DNA of 64,000 nucleotides from Squalus acanthias (taxonomy: Eukaryota), in the NCBI GenBank assembly GCA_030390025.1, contig CM059437.1, positions 17,112,001 to 17,176,000 of the forward strand, written 5' to 3'. Shown piece after piece: positions 53,633 to 63,391 of this stretch. The notes beneath the pieces are model-generated. The model saw only the letters and a list, made by a program, of their open reading frames with translations. It did not search any database and was not told the DNA's origin. Every line of letters begins with the position of its first letter. Within the stretch, counting starts at the first letter, position 1. The position numbers were made by a program, and so were the translations under genes.

Positions 53633-54395
53633 TGAAGTCCCAAGCAGTTAGAAGTGTGCATCTTAACCATATGGTAAATTAACTTGTTAGTAATAGTAGA
53701 CATTTATTTAAGGTGACACTAATCCTAAAAGTGTAAACTTCAAACCCCCTCTCACAGTAACAAATATTTTGCCTGGTTCAGATGAGCCTCCTCAAATCTT
53801 AGCCAGATGAAGCCCATATTGAAAGAATCAGCTTGTCAGTGCCCAGGAATTCATAAAAATGAAGCTTCACTGTCTATTTTTTGATTAGTCTTTTATACAG
53901 AACTACAACATCCTTCAAACAGTATTCTTCAAGGAGTTTGTCTCTCCTTGCTTTTGCTTCACCACAATCTGCAGTCTAAATAAATGCTTGGGAACTTTCT
54001 AAACTTCATTTCTCAATTTGTTTAAAGTTAACAGCTCTTTACCACTAAACTGCAACCAGTGAGTGAAGGCAAGTGCATGCAAGTCAAATTAATCAAAGTG
54101 TCTTTGCATAAGAGTGGGTAATTTATTGCTCGGTCATACGAGAGAGAGTTTTTTCTCAATTAAAAGCTCCACACTATTATATTTTCTTACTGATTCTTCA
54201 AATTAGAACATGTTTATTCACTTCATTTTAGACCATGTAAAGAAAACTTGCAGTCATATAGCACCTTTCACATCCTTAGGCTGTCTTAAGACCTTCACTT
54301 TCAATTAATTACTTGCTGTTGCTTTGTAGATAACGTGGCCACCAATTTACGCACAGCATGGTCTCAAAAACAGCAATGAGATGAATGACCAGCTA

Positions 54396-54651
54396 TAATA
54401 ACAACAGAAAACGCTGGAAAAACTCAGCAGGCCAGGCAGCATCCGTGGAGAGAGAAAGAGAGTTGACGTTTCAGGTCGATGACCTTTCATCATAACTGGG
54501 AAGAGCTGGAAATCAAATAGATTTAAGGCCAGGGTAAAGCTGGGAAAAGGGGGAGGGGATAAAGGAACAAAGGAGGAGATGAAGAGACATTAAGAGACAT
54601 TAAGAGATATGCAAGGCTAGAGGTGGTGTTAATGTGACAGATTAAGGCTGA
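54396..54651 (-). mobile_element. Penelope-derived short element with a 15-bp TSD
   Basis: Flanked by ATGAATGACCAGCTA (54381-54395 and 54652-54666) and closely similar to 62439-62640. Confidence 0.88.
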
Positions 54652-54906
54652 ATGAATGACCAGCTAATCTGTTTTGGTGGCGTTGGTTGAGGGGATGAAT
54701 AATGGCTAGAACATGGGGGGACACTCTCTGCTCTTGTTCAACTAATGCCATGGAAACATTTATGCCCATTGAACAGGCAGGCAGGTCTCGGCTTGAGAGT
54801 TCATTTAAAAGACAGCATCTCTGACGGTGCAGCACTCCCTCATTACTGCACTGGAGTGTGAACCTCAGTTATGCGGTCAAGCCTGGGAGTGGAGATGAAC
54901 CCACAT

Positions 54907-55075
54907 CAATGTTCCCATTACCTGTGTGGCCGCATGGCCGCTCAGCGCTCTGGAGGTCCCGTGCTGGCTGTGCTCTGGCGTTTATATGAGATAAACCGTA
55001 CATGCACAAACATTTGAATGGGCTGCGCAGCCCATTAAAGGGCCCGCACACCGAAAAAAATAAGAGGGATCATTG
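54907..55075. mobile_element. hAT-type MITE
   Basis: TIR CAATGTTCCC / GGGATCATTG, with an 8-bp TSD ACCCACAT / GCCCACAT (7 of 8 match). Confidence 0.75.
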
Positions 55076-55426
55076 GCCCACATCCTTCTGATTCAGAGGT
55101 GAGAGAGCTACCATGAAGCCAAACAGACACAGTAAATCAATGAGAATGGATGCAGTGTGGAGCTTGTAATGGAACAATATATTCCCACTAATATGGAGAA
55201 CACGAATAATTCCTTTTTGAGATACATGGGAAGATGAAGCAGAATAATCCAGGATTAGCTTACGATCTCCAATGGCGCCACATTGAGTGTGTGTGAACGA
55301 GGAGGCTGGAGAATTTTGTCTTCTGCAGATACCATTTCAGATCTGGCCTTTATGTTTTTGCAGTAGTTTGCAGGGTTCCTTGCTGTATAACACATCTTGT
55401 TATTTTCCTTACTCAAGCCGGCATTA

Positions 55427-58400
55427 AGAACATAGAACATAGAACATAGAACAGTACAGCACAGTACAGGCCCTTCGGCCCTCGATGTTGTGCCGAGCAT
55501 TGTCCGAGACCAAGATCAAGCTATCACACTCCCTATCACTCTGGTGTGCTCCATGTGCTTATCCAATAACCGCTTGAAAGTTCCTAAAGTGTCCGACTCC
55601 ACTATCACAGCAGGCAGTCCATTCCACACCCCAACCACTCTCTGAGTAAAGAATCTACCTCGGACATCCCTTCTATATCTCCCCCCATGCATCTTATAGT
55701 TATGCCCCCTTGTAACAGCTGCCTCTACCCGAGGAAATAGTCTCTGAACATCCACTCTATCTATCCCCCTCATCATCTTATAAACCTCTATTAAGTCGCC
55801 TCTCATCCTCCTCCGCTCTAAAGAGAAAAGCCCCAACTCCCTCAATCTTTCCTCATAAGACCTCCCCCCCAAACCAGGCAGCATCCTGGTAAATCTCCTT
55901 TGCACTCTTTCCAATGCTTCCACGTCCTTCCTATAGTGAGGTGACCAGAACTGCACACAATATTCCAAATGTGGTCTCACCAAGGTCCTGTACAGTTGCA
56001 GCATAACCTCACGGTTCTTAAACTCAAACCCTCTGTTAATAAACGCCAACACACCATAGGCCTTCTTTACTGCTCTATCCACTTGAGTGGCAACCTTCAG
56101 AGATCTGTGGATATGAACCCCCAGATCCCTCTGCTCCTCCACATTCCTCAGAACCCTGCCGTTGACCCTGTAATCCTTATTCAAATTTGCCCTACCAAAA
56201 TGAATCACCTCGCACTTATCAGGGTTAAATTCCATCTGCCATTTTTCGGCCCAGCTCTGCATCCTATCAATGTCTCTTTGCAGCCTACAACAGCCCTCCA
56301 CCTCATCCACTACTCCACCAATCTTGGTGTCATCAGCAAATTTACTGATCCACCCTTCAGTCCCCTCCTCCAAGTTATTGATAAAAATCACAAACAGCAG
56401 AGGACCCAGCACCGACCCCTGTGGCACACCGCTGGTAACTGGTCTCCAGTCCGAAAATGTTCCATCCTCCACCACCCTCTGCCTTCTATGAGATAGCCAG
56501 TTACTTATCCAATCGGCCAAATTTCCCTCTATCCCACAACTCCTTACTTTCTTCATGAGACGACCATGGGGAACCTTATCAAACGCCTTACTAAAATCCA
56601 TGTATACGACATCAACTGCTCTACCTTCATCTACACACTTAGTTACCTCCTCAAAGAATTCAATCAAATTTGTTAGGCAAGACTTACCCTTCACGAATCC
56701 GTGTTGACTATCCCTGATTAAGTTGCCCCTTTCCAAATGGTCATAAATCCTATCCCTCAGGACCTTTTCCATTATCTTACCAACCACCGAAGTAAGACTA
56801 ACCGGCCTATAATTACCAGGGTCATTCCTATTTCCTTTCTTGAAGAGAGGAACAACATTCGCCACTCTCCAGTCCTCTGGCACCATCCCCGTGGACAGTG
56901 AGGACCCAAAGATCAAAGCCAGAGGCTCTGCAATCTCCTCCCTTGCCTCCCAAAGAATCCTAGGATATATCCCATCTGGCCCAGGGGACTTATCGACCCT
57001 CAGGTTCTTCAAAATTGCTAAAACATCTTCCCTCAGAACATCTACCACCTCCAGCCTATCCACCTTTATCACACTCTCATCCTCAAGAACATGGCCCCTC
57101 TCCTCGGTGAACACTGACGAAAAGTATTCATTCATCACCTCTCCTATCTCTTCTGACTCCATGCACAAGTTCCCACTACTGTCCTTGACCGGCCCTACCC
57201 TCACCCTGGTCATTCTTTTATTTCTCACATAAGAGTAAAAAGCCTTGGGGTTTTTCTTGATCCGACCCGCCAAGGACTTCTCATGCCCCCTCCTAGCTCT
57301 CCTAAGCTCTTTTTTTAGCTCATTCTTTGCTACCTTGTACCGCTCAATCGACCCAACTGAACCTTGTTTTCTCATCCTTACATACGCTTCCTTTTTCCTC
57401 TTGACTAGACATTCAACCTCTTTTGTGAACCATGGTTCTCTCACTCGGCCATTTCCTCCCTGCCCGACAGGGACATACCTATCAAGGACACGCAGTAATT
57501 GCTCCATGAAAAAGCTCCACTTTTCGTTTGTGCCTTTCCCTGATAGTTTCTGTTCCCATCTTATACTCCCTAATTCTTGCCTAATCGCATCATAATTACC
57601 CCTCCCCCAATTATAAACCCTGCCCTGCCGTATGGCCCTATCCCTCTCCATTGCAATAGTGAAAGTTACCGAATTGTGGTCACTATCTCCAAAGTGCTCT
57701 CCCACATACAAATCAAATACTTGGCCCGGTTCATTACCCAGTACCAAATCCAACGTGGCCCCACCTCTTGTCGGCCTATCCACATATTGTGTCAGGAAAC
57801 CCTCCTGCACACACTGTGCAAAAACTATCCCATCCGAACTGTTTGACCTATAAAGGTTCCAATCAATATTTGGAAAGTTGAAGTCACCCATGACAACTAC
57901 TCTGTGACCTCCACACCTATTCATAATCTGCTTTGCAATTTCTTCCTCCACATCTTTATTACTATTTGGGGGCCTGTAGAAAACTCCTAACAACGTGACC
58001 GCTCCTTTCCTATTTCTAACTTCAGCCCATATTACCTCAGACGGCAGATCCCCCTCGAACTGCCTTTCTGCCGCTGTTAAACTATCCTTGATTAACAATG
58101 CTACTCCTCCACCTTTCTTACCAACTTCCCTACTCTTACTGAAACATCTATACCCCGGAACTTCCAACAACCATTCCTGTCCCTGTTCTAACCATGTCTC
58201 CGTAATGGCCACCACATCGTAGTCCCAAGTACCAATCCACGCTCCAAGTTCTCCTACCTTATTCCGGATGCTCCTTGCATTGAAGTAGACACACTTCAAG
58301 CCATCTTCTTGTCTGCCGGTACATTCCTGCGACCTTGATACCCTCCTCAGTACCTCCCTACACTCACCACTGGCTCGTGGACTACAGCCCTTTTTCCCAT

Positions 58401-59207
58401 CCCCCTGACAAATTAGTTTAAACCCCCCCGAAGAGCCGTAGCAAATTTCCCTCCCAGGATATTGGTGCCCCTCTGGTTCAGGTGCAAACCGTCCTGTTTG
58501 TACAGGTCCCACCTTCCCCAGAATGTGCTCCAATTATCCACATAACTGAAACTCTCCCCCCTACACCATCCCTGCAGCCACGTGTTTATCTGCACTCTCT
58601 CCCTGTTCCTCAACTCGCTAGCACGTGGCACCGGCAACAAACCAGAAATTACAACATGGTTTGTACTGGCTCTCAGCTTCCAACCTAGCTCCCTAAATTC
58701 CTGTTTTAAATCCCCGTCCCTTCTCCTACCTATGTCGTTGGTACCGATGTGTACCACGACTTGTGATTGTTCCCCTTCCCCTTTGAGGATTCTGAAAACA
58801 CGGTCCGAGACGTCACGGACCCTGGCACCCGGGAGGCAACATACCATCCGTGAGTCTCTTTTGCTGCCACAGAACCTCCTATCTGTCCCTCTGACTATTG
58901 AGTCCCCAATAACTATTGCTCTCCTGCTCTCCCCCCTTCCCTTCTGAGCCACAGGGACCGACCCAGCGCCGGAGATCCGGTCACCGTGGCTTACCACTGG
59001 TAAGTCGTCCCCCTCAACAGTATTCAAAGCAGTATACCTGTTACTGAGGGGAACGACCACAGAGGATCCCTGCACTGACTGCTTCCTCCTAGCCCCTCTC
59101 ACCGTCACCCATCTATCTTCATGCTTTGGAGTAATTACATCCCTGAAGCTTCTATCTATGACCTCCTCTGCCTCCCGAATGATCCGAAGTTCATCCAGCT
59201 CCAGCTC
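55427..59207 (-). mobile_element. Young CR1-clade LINE, 5'-truncated within ORF1
   Basis: Uninterrupted ORF2 and ORF1 remnant, a short 3' UTR and a (TTCTATG)n tail at 55427-55452. Possible TSD CATTA at 55422-55426 and 59208-59212. Confidence 0.96.
55516..58533 (-). CDS. CR1 ORF2: AP endonuclease plus reverse transcriptase
   Basis: EN motifs YFNARSIRNK, AITETW, MGDFNFP and GDSDH; RT motifs PGPDGI, NYRPVSLTS, QHGF, DFSKAFDKV, GVPQGSVLGP and KFADD. No stops. The listed start is TTG, and the true entry point is probably near 58420. Confidence 0.95.
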   Translation of the reverse strand: MEHILGKVGPVQTGRFAPEPEGHQYPGREICYGSSGGFKLICQGDGKKGCSPRASGECREVLRRVSRSQECTGRQEDGLKCVYFNARSIRNKVGELGAWIGTWDYDVVAITETWLEQGQEWLLEVPGYRCFSKSREVGKKGGGVALLIKDSLTAAERQFEGDLPSEVIWAEVRNRKGAVTLLGVFYRPPNSNKDVEEEIAKQIMNRCGGHRVVVMGDFNFPNIDWNLYRSNSSDGIVFAQCVQEGFLTQYVDRPTRGGATLDLVLGNEPGQVFDLYVGEHFGDSDHNSVTFTIAMERDRAIRQGRVYNWGRGNYDAIRQELGSIRWEQKLSGKGTNEKWSFFMEQLLRVLDRYVPVGQGGNGRVREPWFTKEVECLVKRKKEAYVRMRKQGSVGSIERYKVAKNELKKELRRARRGHEKSLAGRIKKNPKAFYSYVRNKRMTRVRVGPVKDSSGNLCMESEEIGEVMNEYFSSVFTEERGHVLEDESVIKVDRLEVVDVLREDVLAILKNLRVDKSPGPDGIYPRILWEAREEIAEPLALIFGSSLSTGMVPEDWRVANVVPLFKKGNRNDPGNYRPVSLTSVVGKIMEKVLRDRIYDHLERGNLIRDSQHGFVKGKSCLTNLIEFFEEVTKCVDEGRAVDVVYMDFSKAFDKVPHGRLMKKVRSCGIEGNLADWISNWLSHRRQRVVEDGTFSDWRPVTSGVPQGSVLGPLLFVIFINNLEEGTEGWISKFADDTKIGGVVDEVEGCCRLQRDIDRMQSWAEKWQMEFNPDKCEVIHFGRANLNKDYRVNGRVLRNVEEQRDLGVHIHRSLKVATQVDRAVKKAYGVLAFINRGFEFKNREVMLQLYRTLVRPHLEYCVQFWSPHYRKDVEALERVQRRFTRMLPGLGGRSYEERLRELGLFSLERRRMRGDLIEVYKMMRGIDRVDVQRLFPRVEAAVTRGHNYKMHGGRYRRDVRGRFFTQRVVGVWNGLPAVIVESDTLGTFKRLLDKHMEHTRVIGSVIA

Positions 59208-59210
59208 CAT
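58413..59210 (-). CDS. CR1 ORF1 (SGNH esterase-like domain), N-terminally truncated
   Basis: IVIGDSIVRG, CCLPGARV, VHIGTND and DGLHLN are the SGNH blocks typical of vertebrate CR1 ORF1p. Confidence 0.9.
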   Translation of the reverse strand: MELELDELRIIREAEEVIDRSFRDVITPKHEDRWVTVRGARRKQSVQGSSVVVPLSNRYTALNTVEGDDLPVVSHGDRISGAGSVPVAQKGRGESRRAIVIGDSIVRGTDRRFCGSKRDSRMVCCLPGARVRDVSDRVFRILKGEGEQSQVVVHIGTNDIGRRRDGDLKQEFRELGWKLRASTNHVVISGLLPVPRASELRNRERVQINTWLQGWCRGESFSYVDNWSTFWGRWDLYKQDGLHLNQRGTNILGGKFATALRGGLN

Positions 59211-59934
59211 TAGTTTTTTAAAAAGCTTAACTATTAGCCCCTTTTCTGTATTTAAGCCTTCTAGTTCATTCTAAGAGGCTTTCAAATACTGGTCAAAGAA
59301 AAAGAAAACTTTTGCTTTTAAGTTTTGTGGCAGCCTGGGATATAACGCAAACAACAATGAAAGCAACAAAATGTCCCTTTCCCGAAATGCACTGATCTTA
59401 TTAGAGTGTTCAGTTTGAAAGCTGACAGTACAGACGTTTTGCATAATGAGGCTGGGTAATTTCTCATAGTGAATCCTCATACAACTGTGCTAATTTAAAT
59501 ATTTTGAACTTTTTTTGACAGAATGGTAGAGGAAACACACATAAGTGATATTAAAATCTAGTCTAAATGGAACAAAAGGGGTTTGATTTAAATTCCATGC
59601 AAATAAATGTCCTGCTGTTGCTGATGGGTAATATTTGCCAAATTCTAAACACAGGTTCATTATTCATCTATTCCAAAGTTGATTTTAAGTCAGTGTCACT
59701 AGTTTATAACTAAACGTGGATATTTTCAGGTGTTGAGGGATTCTGAGAATGGTTCTATCCAAAAATCAACTTAGATTTCTCTTTTGGATGTTGATCTTCT
59801 GTGCATTCCCAGCATTTTACTACATTTTGTTTATAGATATACAGGCAAAATGCAATGCAAACCTGTGAGATTGTATGTATCCTTTGTTTTACCCAGCTAC
59901 ATTTTAATGTATCATGTTAAACATACACGGTAAT

Positions 59935-60370
59935 ATTAAGCAACGCCTCGATTTTAAAATTCTCACCCTTGTTTTCAAGTCCCCCATGGCCTCGGCCCTC
60001 CCTATCTCTGTAATCTCCTCCAGCCCGACAACACCCCTCCCCTCCCCCCCAAGATATCTGTGCTCCTCTAATTCTGGCCTCTTGAGCATCCCTGATTTTA
60101 ATCGCTCAACCATTGGTGGCCGTGCCTTCTGTTGCCTAGGCCCTGAGCTCTGGAATTCCCTCCCTAAACCTCTCCACCTCTCTACCTCTCTCTCCTCCTT
60201 TAAAACGCTCCTTAAAACCTACCTCTTTGACCAAGCTTTTGGCCATCTACCCGAATTTATCCTTATGTGGCTCGGTGTCAAATTTTGTTTTATAACACTC
60301 CTGTGAAGCGCCTTGGGATGTTTTACTATATTAAAGGCGCAATATAAATACAAATTGTTGTTGTAGTAGT
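59935..60370 (+). mobile_element. L2-clade LINE 3' fragment
   Basis: IKQRLDFKILTLVFKS...GGRAFCCLGPELWNSLP...FKTLLKTYLFDQAF, followed by a 3' tail with (TTG)n. Confidence 0.88.
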
Positions 60371-60779
60371 TAAGAATGAAAATTGTGTAGAATAGATTGC
60401 AACACTCAAAGAGTAAGAGTAAGATCGAAACAAAGTGAACATTAAAAAAAATATTTGTTCTAAGGGTACGGGCAACGCTGGCAAGGCTACATTTATTGTC
60501 CATCTCTAGGTGCCCTGAGGGCATTAAAAGACAACCATTTAGTGTGGGACTGGAGTTACATGTAGACCAGACTGGGTAGAGGTGGCAGGTTCCCTTCCCT
60601 GGAGAATATTAGTGAACTAGTTCGGTTTTTACAAGAATCCAGCACATCTCATTGTTATTTTATCTGGTGCTAGCTCACAAATTGCCACTAATTAATTCAA
60701 TACCCCCACTTGCTATGGTGGGATTTAAACTCACAACCTCTGGATTGCTGATCCAGTACCATAACCACTAGGCTGCCAT

Positions 60780-61525
60780 AACTATTTCAGAAAATAACCC
60801 AGTAAGCTTCCACCAGGCCCTGTGTATCACTGCTACTGATGATATTTCTGTACCTTGTTATACCTATCCCTAGTACTTCAATATCTGGCTATGCCCTGAG
60901 TTATACTCTATTCCTGGTGTTTCAGTCACTGGCTGTACCCTAGGTTACACCCTATCAATGATATTTCAGTACCTGATTTATTGCTGCGTTATACCCTATC
61001 CCAGTGTCAGCCGTGGCTCAGTTGGTAGCACACTCGCCTCTGAGTCAGAAGGTTGTGGGTTCACAGTCCCACTCCAGAGACTTGAGCACAAAAATCTAGG
61101 CTGACACTCCCAGTGCAATACTGAGGGAGTGCTGCATTGTGGGAAGTGCCGTCTTTCGGATGAGACATTAAAGTCTGCTCTCTCAGATGGACTTAAAAGA
61201 TCCCATGGCACTATTTCGAGGAAGAGCAGGGGAGATCTCGCTGATGTCCTGGCCAATATTTATCCCTCGCTCAACATCACAAAAAACAGATAATCTGGTC
61301 ATTATCCATGTTCCCTGTAATTTGTGGGGGGGCCTCGTGGTCCCTTTAGCGGGCTGCGTGACCCATTCAAAATTCCACGCACGCGGGTTTTTTTCAATTT
61401 AATAGCCGGCTTGCCAGCTGCGCGGGACCCCTATCCTTGGGTTTTCAGTATCTCATGTTACCCGGGTAATACCTTATCCCCAGTAATTCAGTATCTCCTG
61501 TTAACCATGTTATACCCTACCCCTG
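60780..61525. repeat. Degenerate minisatellite interrupted by a SINE and a MITE fragment
   Basis: Recurrent TTATACCCTATCCC..GTATTTCAGTA units at about 60860, 60900, 60945, 60990, 61430, 61470 and 61510. Confidence 0.55.
61003..61308 (+). mobile_element. tRNA-derived Deu-domain SINE (SacSINE1-like), 5' part
   Basis: GTGTCAGCCGTGGCTCAGTTGGTAGCACACTCGCCTCTGAGTCAGAAGGTTGTGGGTTCACAGTCCC (Pol III A and B boxes) followed by the Deu core. Confidence 0.88.
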
Positions 61526-62502
61526 TAGAGCTAAAAGATAATCGATAGACAGAGCAGGTTGTAGCTCATTGGCTGAACACTTGGCCATGGAAAAATTTAA
61601 GGGGAGGATACCAATGAAAAGTAACCTACATTATTGTAAAATTGATAGAGGAACCTGAATTTGAAGTTCCTTATTACGACACCTATCTGCAGTCAACTGT
61701 ATGTTGCAGTTAGTATTTCAAGGGAGTTGCTGCCTTATTTCTAGTTCTGGGTGGTCTGAATATGCACAGCATTACCAAGATGTCTGTAGTAAATTTGAAA
61801 AGAATGAAAACAGGAACTCCCTTCCAAATCCGAGAACATTTTAACTTCATACCACAGATGAGAGCACCTGAGAAAATGTGTCTGCTTTTTAATATATGGT
61901 TTGTTGCCACATGAAACAGAGGCTGGCCCTTTTCAATGTGATAATAAACAGGAGTGTGAGGCCCATGCTTTATATTTTCAAACCCTCAATTTAGATATCT
62001 TACAAGTCTGACAGAAAGATCCTTGGGGGGTGCTGGGGGATGTGGGGCAACACACTGGTGCTCTAACACACTATCCCATCGAGTGAAAGGACTTGGCTTG
62101 ATGCCAATGAATCCTCAAATGGTGAGTTTCCCAATCTCAATCATGCCAACATAAGGAGTCATTGAGCAGAGGCCAGGCACTTCCCCGCAGCGAGGGAGGG
62201 AACATGAGAAATTTACACCTCTGATTCGCTCCTGAAGCTACCAATCCACATGTTGATCCACAGAATTGTGGGACAGAACTTCGCGAGCCCGATGCCCCAC
62301 AGACACCAATTGAACATTAGCTAGAGGCAGCAGGTGGCACCTCTAAGGTCAGAGGTCGACACTGTCATGTGACTATCTTAAACAAAAGCTGCGTGCCTGT
62401 GAGACCAGAGGAGTGTTGAATGGATAAGGATTCACAGAAATAACAACAGAAAACGCTGGAAAAACTCAGCAGGCCAGGCAGCATCCGTGGAGAGAGAAAC
62501 AG

Positions 62503-62540
62503 AGTTAACGTTTCAGGGCGAAGACCTTTCGTCAGAACTG
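62503..62540 (-). ncRNA. Minimal type I hammerhead ribozyme motif (antisense arm)
   Basis: Minus strand reads CAGTT-CTGACGA-A-AGGTC-TTC-GCCCT-GAAA-CGTT-AACT, with one mismatch in stem II. Confidence 0.65.
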
Positions 62541-62640
62541 GAAAAAAGCAGGAAATGAAATAGATTTAAAGCAAGGATAAAGCTGGGAAAAGGGGGAGGG
62601 GATGAAAGAACAAAAGGAGAGATTAAGAGACATGGAGAGA

Positions 62641-62680
62641 CAGTTCTGACGAAAGGTCTTCGACCTGAAACGTTAACTCT
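62641..62680 (+). ncRNA. Minimal type I hammerhead ribozyme motif
   Basis: AGTT-CTGACGA-A-AGGTC(TTC)GACCT-GAAA-CGTT-AACT: catalytic boxes CUGANGA and GAAA, perfect 5-bp stem II, palindromic AACGUU helix III and stem I AGUU/AACU. Confidence 0.75.
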
Positions 62681-63231
62681 GTTTCTCTCTCCACAGATGC
62701 TGCCTGGCCTGCTGAGTTTTTCCAGCGTTTTCTGTTGTTATTTCGGATTTCCAGCACCCGCAGTATTTTGCTATCGTATCAGGATTCACAGACCATTGGC
62801 GAACTCAGCAAAGGTAATGGTTTAAAGGGTAAGATTTCTGTGATAGCGTAAGGAGGAAATGTAGAATCTGTAGAAGAGTGGAGAGGAGGGAAGAAAGAGA
62901 AAAATGAAATAAGTAATCGTGAACACAGATACTAAACAAATAAAGCAACCTTAAGAGACAATAAATGCTAAAAGGAGTTGTGTAAAGCAAAATTAGAAGA
63001 AGGAGAAAAGTCACATGGGAGATTATCAGGACCATTGTGGGAAAGGTTAAGAAGTTCAGCAAGGCAATCCTGTCAGAATTGAGAATGCTAAAGAAGAGTT
63101 CCATAAAAGGAATCTTTTGAGAAGCTTTGGGAAATGCTGGAGTTAAACAGAAGTAGGAAACAATTTGGTTTGGAAAGAACAAGACCAACTGAAAAACTTG
63201 GAACAAAGTGGGACGAGCAATGAGTTATAAA

Positions 63232-63310
63232 AACGTAAGAAATAGAGCAGGAGTAGGCCATTTGGCCCTTTGAGCCTGCTCCGCCATTCAATGAGATCAT
63301 GGCTGATCTT
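63232..63310 (-). mobile_element. CR1 3'-end fragment
   Basis: GCAGGAGTAGGCCATTTGGCCCTTTGAGCCTGCTCCGCCATTCAATGAGATCATGGCTGATCT. Confidence 0.7.
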
Positions 63311-63391
63311 CTCCTACTATGGAGACACGAGTCTAACAGAAATCGTTGGACATTCTGGCTGCTTTTAGATTTATAGAGGATTCCATTATTG

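Larger units (their letters stand above)
54237..55125 (-). mobile_element. Deu-domain SINE interrupted by two nested insertions
   Basis: Tail at 54237-54395, core at 54652-54906 and tRNA head at 55076-55125 (TTCTGATTCAGAGGTGAGAGAGCTACCATGAAGCC). Confidence 0.8.
62439..62780. mobile_element. Penelope-derived element with ~100-bp inverted arms and a 12-bp TSD
   Basis: Arm 62439-62540 is the near-perfect reverse complement of 62641-62742. TSD AGGATTCACAGA at 62427-62438 and 62781-62792. Confidence 0.9.

Noticed and set aside
55969-58947. Several + strand ORFs of 70-175 aa
   Set aside because: Antisense shadows of the CR1 ORFs.
61010-61075. tRNA-like A/B boxes
   Set aside because: This is the head of a tRNA-derived SINE, not a tRNA gene.
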